From: Alkanindiges sp. WGS2144
Lineage (GTDB): Bacteria; Pseudomonadota; Gammaproteobacteria; Pseudomonadales; Moraxellaceae
Reading direction: 5' to 3' (one strand)
DNA length: 32,000 bases
Assembly: GCF_043950625.1 (NCBI RefSeq)
Contig: NZ_CP171007.1
The notes under the pieces are model-generated. The model saw only the letters and a program-made list of their open reading frames with translations, made no database searches and had not been told where the DNA came from. The position numbers and the translations under genes were made by a program. This document shows positions 17,407 to 26,112 of the stretch, in pieces; position 1 is the stretch's first letter, and every line of letters starts with the position of its first letter.

Positions 17407-18408
17407 ATGATAAACTATTTAGCCACAGAGCAAAACTGGCAAAATCAGTTAAACGATCTGGTCACCAGTCCGGTCGAACTACTCAACCTGCTTGACCTAC
17501 CAGAAGCCTTATTGCCGCCTGCCCTGTCAGCCAGTCAGGATTTTGCCCTGCGTGTGCCCAAAGCCTTTGTAAAGCGCATGCAAAAAGGCAACCCTGACGA
17601 TCCTTTATTGCTTCAGGTATTGCCTTTGCAAGCCGAACTGGAAGAACATCCGCAGTTTATCCTTGACCCATTAGGCGAAAAACAGGCCAATGCGGTTCCG
17701 GGTATTCTGCATAAATATAAAAAACGCTTACTGCTTACCCTTACCGGTGCCTGTGCCGTTCACTGCCGCTACTGCTTTAGGCGACACTTCCCCTATCAGG
17801 ACAACCTACCAAAATCCACCGACTGGCCTGCCATTAAGCAATACATTGAATCACAAAGTGATATTAATGAAGTGGTATTAAGTGGGGGTGATCCTTTGAG
17901 TGTTTCCAACCGCCGCTTTGCACAATGGCTTGAACGCCTCGAAAGTATTGCACAGCTAAAAACCTTGCGTATTCATACGCGCTTACCTATTGTGCTACCA
18001 GACCGGCTGGACGATGAGCTTTTGACTATATTAAACAATAGCCGCTTTCACATCGTGATGGTCGTACATTGTAATCATCCTGCCGAGCTGGATAATTACA
18101 CAAAAAGTAAACTGCTATATTATAGAAATAATCAAATACTTATGCTAAATCAAACTGTTCTTTTACGTACAATCAATGATAATATAGATACGCTTGTTGC
18201 ATTAAGTGAACAATTATTTGAGTGTCAGGTGCTACCCTATTACTTACATGTTCTGGACAAAGTTAAAGGGGCCGCTCATTTTGATATCAGTGAGCAAGAC
18301 GCTGTAGTCTTATACCAGAAGCTAATGCATGAGCTACCAGGCTATCTGTTACCAAAGCTAGTGCGCGAAATTGCAGGCAAACGGTATAAGGTTCCTTTAA
18401 ACCTTTAA
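17407..18408 (+). CDS. epmB: EF-P beta-lysylation protein EpmB (lysine 2,3-aminomutase-like radical SAM enzyme)
   Basis: It has the radical-SAM CxxxCxxC motif (CAVHCRYCFRR) and the KamA/YjeK-like sequence LSGGDPL. It is divergent from efp. Confidence 0.9.
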   Translation: MINYLATEQNWQNQLNDLVTSPVELLNLLDLPEALLPPALSASQDFALRVPKAFVKRMQKGNPDDPLLLQVLPLQAELEEHPQFILDPLGEKQANAVPGILHKYKKRLLLTLTGACAVHCRYCFRRHFPYQDNLPKSTDWPAIKQYIESQSDINEVVLSGGDPLSVSNRRFAQWLERLESIAQLKTLRIHTRLPIVLPDRLDDELLTILNNSRFHIVMVVHCNHPAELDNYTKSKLLYYRNNQILMLNQTVLLRTINDNIDTLVALSEQLFECQVLPYYLHVLDKVKGAAHFDISEQDAVVLYQKLMHELPGYLLPKLVREIAGKRYKVPLNL

Positions 18409-18453
18409 TCGCCTGGTTGTACGGAGATCTTTTGCTTAGGGAAAATAATTCTA

Positions 18454-20226
18454 ATGAACCAGAATATTAGCAATTTACTAATGAATGCTACACCTGAAAT
18501 GACACTAAACCAGTTATCTCTTGTGCAGGCCGATAAAAACAGTATGCGTGAATGGCTGGCCAATTTATCCATGCTTAACCTGGGCGACACAGCGCGTCAG
18601 CTTTATACGACACTAAAAGAACTCTCACTATTACAAATTGATGATCAGGTTCGCTTTGATCTCATTGAAATTATCAGGCCATCCGTTCACACCCTTATTT
18701 CCTCCCTGAGCAAGCATTACTTTAGTCAGCATTTGACGCTGGATCAGCGAGCGCAGCGTATCGCCACCCTGGTAGAGGAAATTCGCGTATACCTCATTGT
18801 AATCTACGATACTATCGCTGCTCAAAGCCATGAAAAACTGACCTCACAGAATTTTGGCCTATTTAATATTCGCAACAAGAAAAACCTGAATCAGCTCTTT
18901 GCTACCGCTAGCCACCGTGCACTCTCAGAGCTGGCTGGTCTGCTGTATGAATCTCAGGCTCTTTACCTGAGCGTACCTCAAGGGTTATGGAGAAAAACCC
19001 ACAATTTGTTTCAGCGTGCTGAGCAACTCCAGCTTGCGGGTACTGAAGTAGAGGATGCTACGAGCAGTGCTTTTCCAAGTAGCACCCTTAGGCGAGCTTA
19101 TGGTCGCATGATTATTCTGGGAGTGAGCGACTCCAATAAGTTAAGGCAATCTGAAATCAAGGCCATTTATCAGGCCAGTATATTATGGGCAGGACTCATC
19201 AGTATTGATCACACTGAAACCCCTTATCATCTGTTCAGCATTGACCCAACCCTTGATCAACCACCAGTCTACATCACTAAAAAATCCCATACCTCGCTTC
19301 AGGTACTCTATGTAAACAGTCAACCCCTGCTGCAACACTTCAATAACCTGATGAGCCAATCACCCCGCTTTTTACACATACTAGAGCAAAAACAGCTGAG
19401 TACAGCGCTAAGAGTTCATCTTATTAACACCTTCTCAGCGCCTTCGGCACGTATTCATAGCCGCCACCCTTATAGCGGTAAGGTAGAAATAGCCTTTGGT
19501 TTGCTGGGTATTCATTATCATTTATCTGATGGTAAGTCCTTTGAGGACATCATTAATATTCACCGAGACTACTTGCTAACCAGTGATACAGAGATAAAAA
19601 GCCTATTTGGCCAGGTCGACTATGAAGCCGATATCGAATTTACTAGCCAGACAGAACAAAAGAAAAATGAAGCCATTCTGGATATGGCAGAGCTGTACCA
19701 ATGTGACATCGTCAATATCAGTCCTGGCGGTTATTGTCTACGCTGGGAGGGTGAAAGCCCGACTACACTACGCACAGGTGAACTGCTGGTCGTGTCTGAA
19801 CCTACCGACAAGGTATGGCATATTGGCCTAATCCGCTGGGTCAAGCAAATACCCGTCATGAATATTGAGTTTGGGGTAGAGATTATTTCTTCCCGCGCAA
19901 AGGTTTGTGGTATCAGGGCAGCGCATAAAAACAATTCAATCAATAGCTTTAAACGGGCCATTTTAGTACCGGAAATTCAGGCGCTGGAGCGCCCCGCAAC
20001 GATTATTACTCAGGCTTTTGCCTTTCATGCCAACCAGCGGGTAATTATTCGCTATGGTAATGAAGAAATAAAAGCTGTATTAACCCGGGAGCGGCTGATT
20101 ACACAGAGTTTTATTCAGTTTGAATATACTATTGAAGAAGAGAACTTTGCTTCCGACAACGTTGAATTTAATGTTGATAAATCAAATTTGGTCAGTCCGG
20201 ACGATGATGTCTGGACAATATTGTAA
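18454..20226 (+). CDS. Uncharacterised 590-aa cytoplasmic protein with a C-terminal PilZ-like region (non-canonical)
   Basis: A long ORF with no TM segments. The C-terminal third contains CDIVNISPGGYCLRWEG (an N-x-S-x-x-G motif at 19714-19731) followed by beta-rich sequence. No RxxxR motif lies upstream. The N-terminal ~400 aa match no family I recognise. Confidence 0.6.
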   Translation: MNQNISNLLMNATPEMTLNQLSLVQADKNSMREWLANLSMLNLGDTARQLYTTLKELSLLQIDDQVRFDLIEIIRPSVHTLISSLSKHYFSQHLTLDQRAQRIATLVEEIRVYLIVIYDTIAAQSHEKLTSQNFGLFNIRNKKNLNQLFATASHRALSELAGLLYESQALYLSVPQGLWRKTHNLFQRAEQLQLAGTEVEDATSSAFPSSTLRRAYGRMIILGVSDSNKLRQSEIKAIYQASILWAGLISIDHTETPYHLFSIDPTLDQPPVYITKKSHTSLQVLYVNSQPLLQHFNNLMSQSPRFLHILEQKQLSTALRVHLINTFSAPSARIHSRHPYSGKVEIAFGLLGIHYHLSDGKSFEDIINIHRDYLLTSDTEIKSLFGQVDYEADIEFTSQTEQKKNEAILDMAELYQCDIVNISPGGYCLRWEGESPTTLRTGELLVVSEPTDKVWHIGLIRWVKQIPVMNIEFGVEIISSRAKVCGIRAAHKNNSINSFKRAILVPEIQALERPATIITQAFAFHANQRVIIRYGNEEIKAVLTRERLITQSFIQFEYTIEEENFASDNVEFNVDKSNLVSPDDDVWTIL

Positions 20227-20256
20227 ATCCACTGACTCTATGGATATTAAGTTTTT

Positions 20257-22356
20257 ATGAAAAGCCATCAGCAAAACCTTCAGCTTCTGATTATTGATGA
20301 TGAGCAGACGACGGCCAATGAACTTGTTCAACGATTAAAACAGCATCAATATAATACCCAGTTTCATTTGCTGGATGATCAGGAAGAATTTGAAAAAGCG
20401 ATTCGCTCAAACTGGGATGTTATTCTATTTGGGCATGCTTATGACCTGGACTATAAAAAAGTAGTTAACCTGCTGGAGGAACATGACCTGGAAATTCCGG
20501 TGATTGGTATTCCTGACAGTATCTCTCCGTCTGACAATGAACAAGATAGCTCACCAGAAGTGATCGAAGGTTTTAAAGCAGGCTTAATGGATGTTATTCC
20601 CCGTACACAGCTGACACACCTGATTTATGCTATACAACGCGAATGTAAGTATTCACGATATATCAAGAAAAATAAAAAGCTAAGTAACCAGTTTAAAGAG
20701 GCTGAGCGTCGTGCTCAGTTACTGGTCAAAAACTCGAAAAGCGCGGTGGCTTATATTCATGACGGTGTGCACATCTATACCAACGAAACCTACAATGACT
20801 TGTTTGGTTACCATTCGCTGGAAGACTTGATTGGCATGCCAGTAGTTGACTTGATCGAAGGAGAAGGTGCAACTTCATTTAAGGAATTTTTAAGAGCATA
20901 CACCCGGGGTAGCCAGCAGTCAGAATTTAAGTTCACTGGTATAAAGGCTGATGGCAGTTATTTTGATGCAGTTTTGCAATTGGCGCCTGCCAGCTATGAC
21001 GGTGAAGAATGCATACAGATTATTATTCAGCCTCAACTGGAAAATAGCGCAGCACTTGCCGCCCAGCTAGCAGCCCTGGAGCGGGTGGATCAACTGACTG
21101 GTCTGGAAAATCGTCGGGCCTTTGAAGAAGACCTGAGTAGTGCTCTAGCTGAACTCAAACAAAATCCAGGCCAGCATGCCCTACTATATATTAGTATCGG
21201 CAATATCGGTCATATTCATGCCATTGCCGGGTTTGCAGGCAGTGATGCAGCCATTGTTGAAATCTCCCGCCTCATTAAAGATCGCTTAAATCCTCATGCA
21301 CTTTATCGCTTCCGGGAATCTGCATTTACCAGCATTCTAGGAAATCAGACTATAGAAGAAATTACAGAAACTGCTAAAGCACTGTGTCATCTGGTTTCTG
21401 AGCATCTGATTATGGTCGAAAACCGCACTGTACAAGCTACTATTAGCATCGGGGTGGTACCAATTAATCAAAATTCACCGGATGCCAATGAGGTACTTGA
21501 CCGTGCCTATCACTCTTCTGAGAAAGTAAAGCTACAAAACCAGGGAACCACCAACGGTATTTATATTTACAATCCTGCAGAAAATGCTGATAGCTCGGAT
21601 AGTGCGCTACGTGAATTGCTGGAAAATGCCATTAACCAGGGACAGCTACAGCTGATGTTCCAGCATATTTACGATACTACCGAACAGGATCTAGCGCTGT
21701 TTGAAGTATACGTACGTTTACCTCTGGCCGATGGTAAAGTCATGACGCCGGATGAATTCCTTGCCGTTGCTCAGCAATATCAACTGGAAGGCCGTCTTGA
21801 CCGATGGGTATTATTAAATGCAGCCAAACAATTAAAACAGTTTATGGCGCAATACCCCAAAGCCCGCCTGCTGATTAATCTGGGCGCTGAGACTATTCAG
21901 GATAAAGCCTTGCCACAAATTGCGGGTAAATTGCTTAGTGCGCTTAATTCATCCCATAATCCCTTGATCCTACAGTTTAACGAAGCAAATGTTACGGCCT
22001 ATCTACAGCTCGCTAAAATCCAAATTGATGCCTTGCATGAAACTGGAGTGCAGGTTTCTATTAACGACTTTGGCTCAACCTTAAATAGCAAAAATCTACT
22101 TAACCATCTAAAGCCGGACTTGATCAAGCTGGATAGAGCCTACATGACCAACCTGAACAATGAAGACAACTTTCAGGCCACCCAAGCTCTGGTTAATGAA
22201 ATACAGCAATTTGATATTGATATTATTGGTGGTTATATTGAGGCTCCTCAGGAAGTGGCCAAAGCCTGGACAGTTGGCGCACGCTACCTACAGGGCTATT
22301 ACTTCCAGAAACCTACTGATAGGTTAATGCTAACGAATCAGGAAGAACAACTATAA
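20257..22356 (+). CDS. FimX-like c-di-GMP-related protein: degenerate REC - PAS - degenerate GGDEF - degenerate EAL
   Basis: REC-like N-terminus: LLIIDDEQ..WDVILFGHAY, with Gly59 where the phospho-Asp is expected. A PAS segment follows. The GGDEF domain starts DQLTGLENRRAF, but the GGDEF motif is replaced by RESAF (21313-21327). The EAL domain has EVY (21703-21711) in place of EAL, NDFGSTLNS in place of DDFGTGYSS, and retains QGYYFQKP. Confidence 0.8.
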   Translation: MKSHQQNLQLLIIDDEQTTANELVQRLKQHQYNTQFHLLDDQEEFEKAIRSNWDVILFGHAYDLDYKKVVNLLEEHDLEIPVIGIPDSISPSDNEQDSSPEVIEGFKAGLMDVIPRTQLTHLIYAIQRECKYSRYIKKNKKLSNQFKEAERRAQLLVKNSKSAVAYIHDGVHIYTNETYNDLFGYHSLEDLIGMPVVDLIEGEGATSFKEFLRAYTRGSQQSEFKFTGIKADGSYFDAVLQLAPASYDGEECIQIIIQPQLENSAALAAQLAALERVDQLTGLENRRAFEEDLSSALAELKQNPGQHALLYISIGNIGHIHAIAGFAGSDAAIVEISRLIKDRLNPHALYRFRESAFTSILGNQTIEEITETAKALCHLVSEHLIMVENRTVQATISIGVVPINQNSPDANEVLDRAYHSSEKVKLQNQGTTNGIYIYNPAENADSSDSALRELLENAINQGQLQLMFQHIYDTTEQDLALFEVYVRLPLADGKVMTPDEFLAVAQQYQLEGRLDRWVLLNAAKQLKQFMAQYPKARLLINLGAETIQDKALPQIAGKLLSALNSSHNPLILQFNEANVTAYLQLAKIQIDALHETGVQVSINDFGSTLNSKNLLNHLKPDLIKLDRAYMTNLNNEDNFQATQALVNEIQQFDIDIIGGYIEAPQEVAKAWTVGARYLQGYYFQKPTDRLMLTNQEEQL

Positions 22357-22386
22357 AGAATTAAACAAGACATAAACTAGAGATAT

Positions 22387-22415
22387 AAAAAAACGGGCAA
22401 TCGCCCGTTTTTTTT
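22387..22415. terminator. Bidirectional rho-independent terminator between the FimX-like gene and rpmE
   Basis: aaaaaaacgggcaatcgcccgtttttttt has an A-run, a GC stem acgggc/gcccgt, and a T-run. Confidence 0.75.
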
Positions 22416-22428
22416 ACAGCCAAAGCAA

Positions 22429-22650
22429 TTAACGCTTGATGCTGCGGCTCATACCAAAACGCTGCTTGAACTTGTCAATACGGCCACCAGTATCTACTGA
22501 TTTTTGTTTACCCGTATAAAACGGATGGCAAGCTGAACATACGTCAAGATAAAGGCTGTCTTTACCAATAGCAGAACGGGTTTCAATCACGTTACCACAA
22601 GAACAGGTAGCGGTTAATTTTTCATATTTTGGATGAATATCGGCACGCAT
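22429..22650 (-). CDS. rpmE: 50S ribosomal protein L31 (Zn-ribbon type A)
   Basis: [26 protein letters not shown]...[15 protein letters not shown], with the CxC...CxxC cysteines present. Confidence 0.95.
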   Translation of the reverse strand: MRADIHPKYEKLTATCSCGNVIETRSAIGKDSLYLDVCSACHPFYTGKQKSVDTGGRIDKFKQRFGMSRSIKR

Positions 22651-22873
22651 GGCGGGCTCCTAAAGAAGATTGGCTTACACTATCATCGCAATTTACCACT
22701 CCCGAAAATATATATCCGGGGAAGCTTTTCATTTTTTAAAGCAGGTAAACACCACAACAGACCAGTCTTTTGGCTCACCGAGATTTTAAGCATCAGGGCC
22801 AAGCACAACAAGGCGACATAGTATAGCACAGATGAAATTCATTTTCACCTATGCTTTAACAGGTAACATTTTT

Positions 22874-23881
22874 TTATAAAGCGGGTTCAATGGCTTCTGC
22901 TTCAGGTCGTTTCGCATAACGTGCAGCCAGAATTCCACAGACTACCAGTTGAATCTGGTGGAACAAAATCAGGGGCAATATCAGCATGCCAATAGGATGA
23001 CCTACAAACAATATCTTTGCCATTGGCAGGCCACTAGCCAGAGTTTTCTTTGAACCACAAAAAACAATGGCAATTTCATCCGGTTTATTAAAGCCTAGTG
23101 CACGACTGAGGTAAGTTAGCCCTACCATCACTATCGCCAGTAACAGGCAACATACAACCGTTAGGGAAGTCAGGCTGGTTGCAGATAGTTGCTGCCATAA
23201 GCCTTCATTCATGGCTTCACTAAATGCGGCATATACCACCAGCAAAATGGAACCCTGATCAACTACTTTGACCATAACAGGATAGCGTTGAATGAGCGGA
23301 TAAACCTTGCTACGAAACACCTGACCCAGTATGAAAGGCACCAGTAGCATCAACACAATATTAAATGCTGCCTGGGATGAATTAACCTCTGCCTGGTTAA
23401 ACTGATTGGTAATGAATAACCCAACCAGTACCGGAGTTAAAAACATACCCAGTATGTTGGAAGCTGAAGCACTGCACATGGCTGCTGCCACATTACCACG
23501 CGCTATGGAGGTAAAGGCAATAGAAGACTGTACAGTAGAAGGCAACACACAAATATATAAGATTCCCAGATATAGCGCTGGGGTGAGCAGCGGCTCAAAA
23601 AGTGGTTTAAGCGCCAGTCCGAGAATAGGAAATAAAACAAAGGTGGCCGCGAAAATCACCAAATGCAGGCGCCAGTGGGTTAAACCCTCCCAAATGGCCT
23701 GCCGCGAGAGCTTGGCACCGTGCAGAAAGAATAACAATGCAATTGCAAAATCAGTAAAGTGATTAAATGCTACAGCCGCTTGTCCCTGTACTGGCCATAA
23801 AGTGGCCAGCAATACCATAACAAATAACAGAATAGTAAAATTGTCAAAAAAGGTACGCAAATAACGAAAAAAAATCATCAC
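22874..23881 (-). CDS. Bile acid:sodium symporter (BASS/YfeH-like) family transporter
   Basis: A polytopic membrane protein of 335 aa. The motifs ..LPSTVQSSIAFTSIARGNVAAA.. and ..FCGSKKTLASGLPMA.. are typical of the SBF-like/YfeH family. Confidence 0.8.
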   Translation of the reverse strand: MMIFFRYLRTFFDNFTILLFVMVLLATLWPVQGQAAVAFNHFTDFAIALLFFLHGAKLSRQAIWEGLTHWRLHLVIFAATFVLFPILGLALKPLFEPLLTPALYLGILYICVLPSTVQSSIAFTSIARGNVAAAMCSASASNILGMFLTPVLVGLFITNQFNQAEVNSSQAAFNIVLMLLVPFILGQVFRSKVYPLIQRYPVMVKVVDQGSILLVVYAAFSEAMNEGLWQQLSATSLTSLTVVCCLLLAIVMVGLTYLSRALGFNKPDEIAIVFCGSKKTLASGLPMAKILFVGHPIGMLILPLILFHQIQLVVCGILAARYAKRPEAEAIEPAL

Positions 23882-24265
23882 CTATCCTTGCTGTATAAGC
23901 TCCACTTTATAGCCATCCGGGTCTTCTACAAAAGCAATCACCGTGGTACCGTGCTTCATGGGGCCAGCCTCTCGTACCACCTTGCCGCCCATAGCCTTAA
24001 TTTTTTCACAGGCTGCATAAGCATCAGCAACACCCAGCGCGATATGTCCATAAGCATTGCCCAGATCATAGCTGCTAGTATCCCAGTTATGGGTTAGCTC
24101 AAGTACGGTATTGCTCTCCTCTGGCCCATACCCAACAAAAGCCAGTGTAAAACGCCCCTCGGGATAGTCCTGTCGGCGTAGTAGTTGCATACCCAATACC
24201 TCAGTATAAAACTGCAAGGATTTCTCAAGATGTCCAACACGCAACATTGTATGTAGCATACGCAT
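23882..24265 (-). CDS. gloA: Lactoylglutathione lyase (glyoxalase I)
   Basis: [90 protein letters not shown] is near-collinear with E. coli GloA as I recall it. The stop abuts the start of the downstream transporter. Confidence 0.93.
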   Translation of the reverse strand: MRMLHTMLRVGHLEKSLQFYTEVLGMQLLRRQDYPEGRFTLAFVGYGPEESNTVLELTHNWDTSSYDLGNAYGHIALGVADAYAACEKIKAMGGKVVREAGPMKHGTTVIAFVEDPDGYKVELIQQG

Positions 24266-24354
24266 TATCATGCTCTCCTGATTGTAAAGTTAAACCATGC
24301 TTTAGTCGTAATCACTGTAGTCACTATCATTAAGCCAGCACCTGGCGTCGCTTC

Positions 24355-25896
24355 TTAAGAACTGTGATGCCTGCCAAGCTGACGCTGCACCAGCACAATA
24401 AGCACCAGCACGGGTACACCAATTAAAGTAGTGAATAAGAAGAAATAAGGGTAACCTGCACTATCGACAATCGTGCCTGAATAGCCACCAATCACTTTAG
24501 GGATCAAAGTCATCAATGAGCTAAAAATGGCATATTGTACTGCAGTGAATGACACACTGGTGAGACTGGACAAAAATGCAATAAACGCTGCGCCCGCCAG
24601 ACCTGAAGCAAGATTATCGGCTACAATGGCAAAATATAACCATGGCAAACTGTGTCCCGCCTGAGAGAATCCAATAAATATCAAATTGGTTGCGCTGGAT
24701 AAAATAGCACCCAGCATCAGGATTTTTAGCACTGAAAAGCGTTGTGACAACATACCGCCCAAAAAGCCACCAGCAAGGCTAAATACCACACCAAATACTT
24801 TAACTGCGGTAGCAATTTCATCCTTGCTAAAGCCCATGTCCTGATAGAACACATTGGAAATTACACCAGCCACAATATCTGAAATACGATACAAGCCGAT
24901 TAACAGCAATAGTAGTAGTGCCGTCTTTGCTCCATAACGCTCAAAAAAATCCCGGATTGGAGCAACCCATGTTTCTACAGCAATATGCTGATTCACTGCC
25001 CCGGCCTTTACCAGCAGGTAGCCGGTCAGGCCAGCAATGGCTATCGCTACTGCGATACGAACAAATTCATGCAAGAAAATAATCAAGGGACCGACGTCAC
25101 TGGCAAGTTGCCAGAATTGCCCTACCTGAATAAAGCCATACACAAAAGCTGCAACAGCAAACATAAATACCATCACCAGCCGCGCATAATCACCGGGCTG
25201 ATAAGGACGCACAGGTCTTTGACGTGCGGGCTCCCGAATAATCAGCGTGGTCAGCACTCCAACCAGCATGACAGCAGCCATAATCAGATAAGTGGACTGC
25301 CATGCCTGATACACATAGCTGCCTTTTTCTGAACCGAACCCACTGGCTAAAAACAGTGCTCCTGCACCTGCTACAATCATGGCAATCCGATAGCCAGCAT
25401 TGTAGGTTGCGGCCAGTACTGATTGCATTTCTGCTTCGGCCAGCTCAATCCGGTAAGCATCAATGACAATATCCTGTGTGGCTGCCGAAAAGCCCAGCAA
25501 CACTGCTCCTATTGCCATTTGTACCAGGCTAGCTTGACCTTGCGAGGGATCAGTCATGGCCATAATACTAATAGCAGTCATAATAAGTAACTGGGCAACC
25601 AGCAACCAGGCACGCCGCCGCCCCAGACTCCGGGTGAGCCATGGCAAAGGCAGCTCATCAATCAAGGGAGCCCAAACAAACTTAAATGAATAACCAAGGG
25701 CTGCCCAGCTAAAAAAGGTGACAGCCTTACGTTCAATGCCGGCTTCACCTAACCACAAAGATAAGCTGGAAAAAATTAGTAAAATTGGAATACCAGCTGA
25801 AAACCCCAGAAAAAACATAATCAATGCACGCTTGTCCGCAAATACGGACAACGCTTGGCCCCATCCTGATAGCCATGATACTTTGGATGATTTCAT
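24355..25896 (-). CDS. ampG: AmpG-family muropeptide MFS permease
   Basis: The N-terminus is ..RALIMFFLGFSAGIPILLIFSSLSLWL.EAG..R..V.FFSW..L.YSFKFVWAPLID..PLPWLTR.LGRRR.W. The protein has more than 12 TM segments. Confidence 0.87.
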   Translation of the reverse strand: MKSSKVSWLSGWGQALSVFADKRALIMFFLGFSAGIPILLIFSSLSLWLGEAGIERKAVTFFSWAALGYSFKFVWAPLIDELPLPWLTRSLGRRRAWLLVAQLLIMTAISIMAMTDPSQGQASLVQMAIGAVLLGFSAATQDIVIDAYRIELAEAEMQSVLAATYNAGYRIAMIVAGAGALFLASGFGSEKGSYVYQAWQSTYLIMAAVMLVGVLTTLIIREPARQRPVRPYQPGDYARLVMVFMFAVAAFVYGFIQVGQFWQLASDVGPLIIFLHEFVRIAVAIAIAGLTGYLLVKAGAVNQHIAVETWVAPIRDFFERYGAKTALLLLLLIGLYRISDIVAGVISNVFYQDMGFSKDEIATAVKVFGVVFSLAGGFLGGMLSQRFSVLKILMLGAILSSATNLIFIGFSQAGHSLPWLYFAIVADNLASGLAGAAFIAFLSSLTSVSFTAVQYAIFSSLMTLIPKVIGGYSGTIVDSAGYPYFFLFTTLIGVPVLVLIVLVQRQLGRHHSS

Positions 25897-26112
25897 TTTT
25901 ATGGTTCCACAACCAGTTTTTGCAAAACTGCCAGATTACTCTTCTAAACGGTGCTTTGCTATGGCTTAAAAACAACTGTTTAAATTTTCTGCTAAAAAAC
26001 AGCAATTGCGTCAAAAAATGCCCGTATTAAATTATTTTAAACAAACTAAGACCCGTTTTTTCCTGCTACACTGATTCTAGTAATACTTCTTTTTAGAGCA
26101 CTGTTTTACATA

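Noticed and set aside
23406-26030. Plus-strand ORFs antisense to the BASS transporter, gloA and ampG (23406..23762, 23888..24097, 24985..25332, 25718..25969, 25824..26030), and the minus ORF 25745..26014
   Set aside because: They are antisense to genes for hydrophobic membrane proteins, which commonly leave long open antisense frames. The ones at the ampG 5' end run into the intergenic region without a plausible start context.
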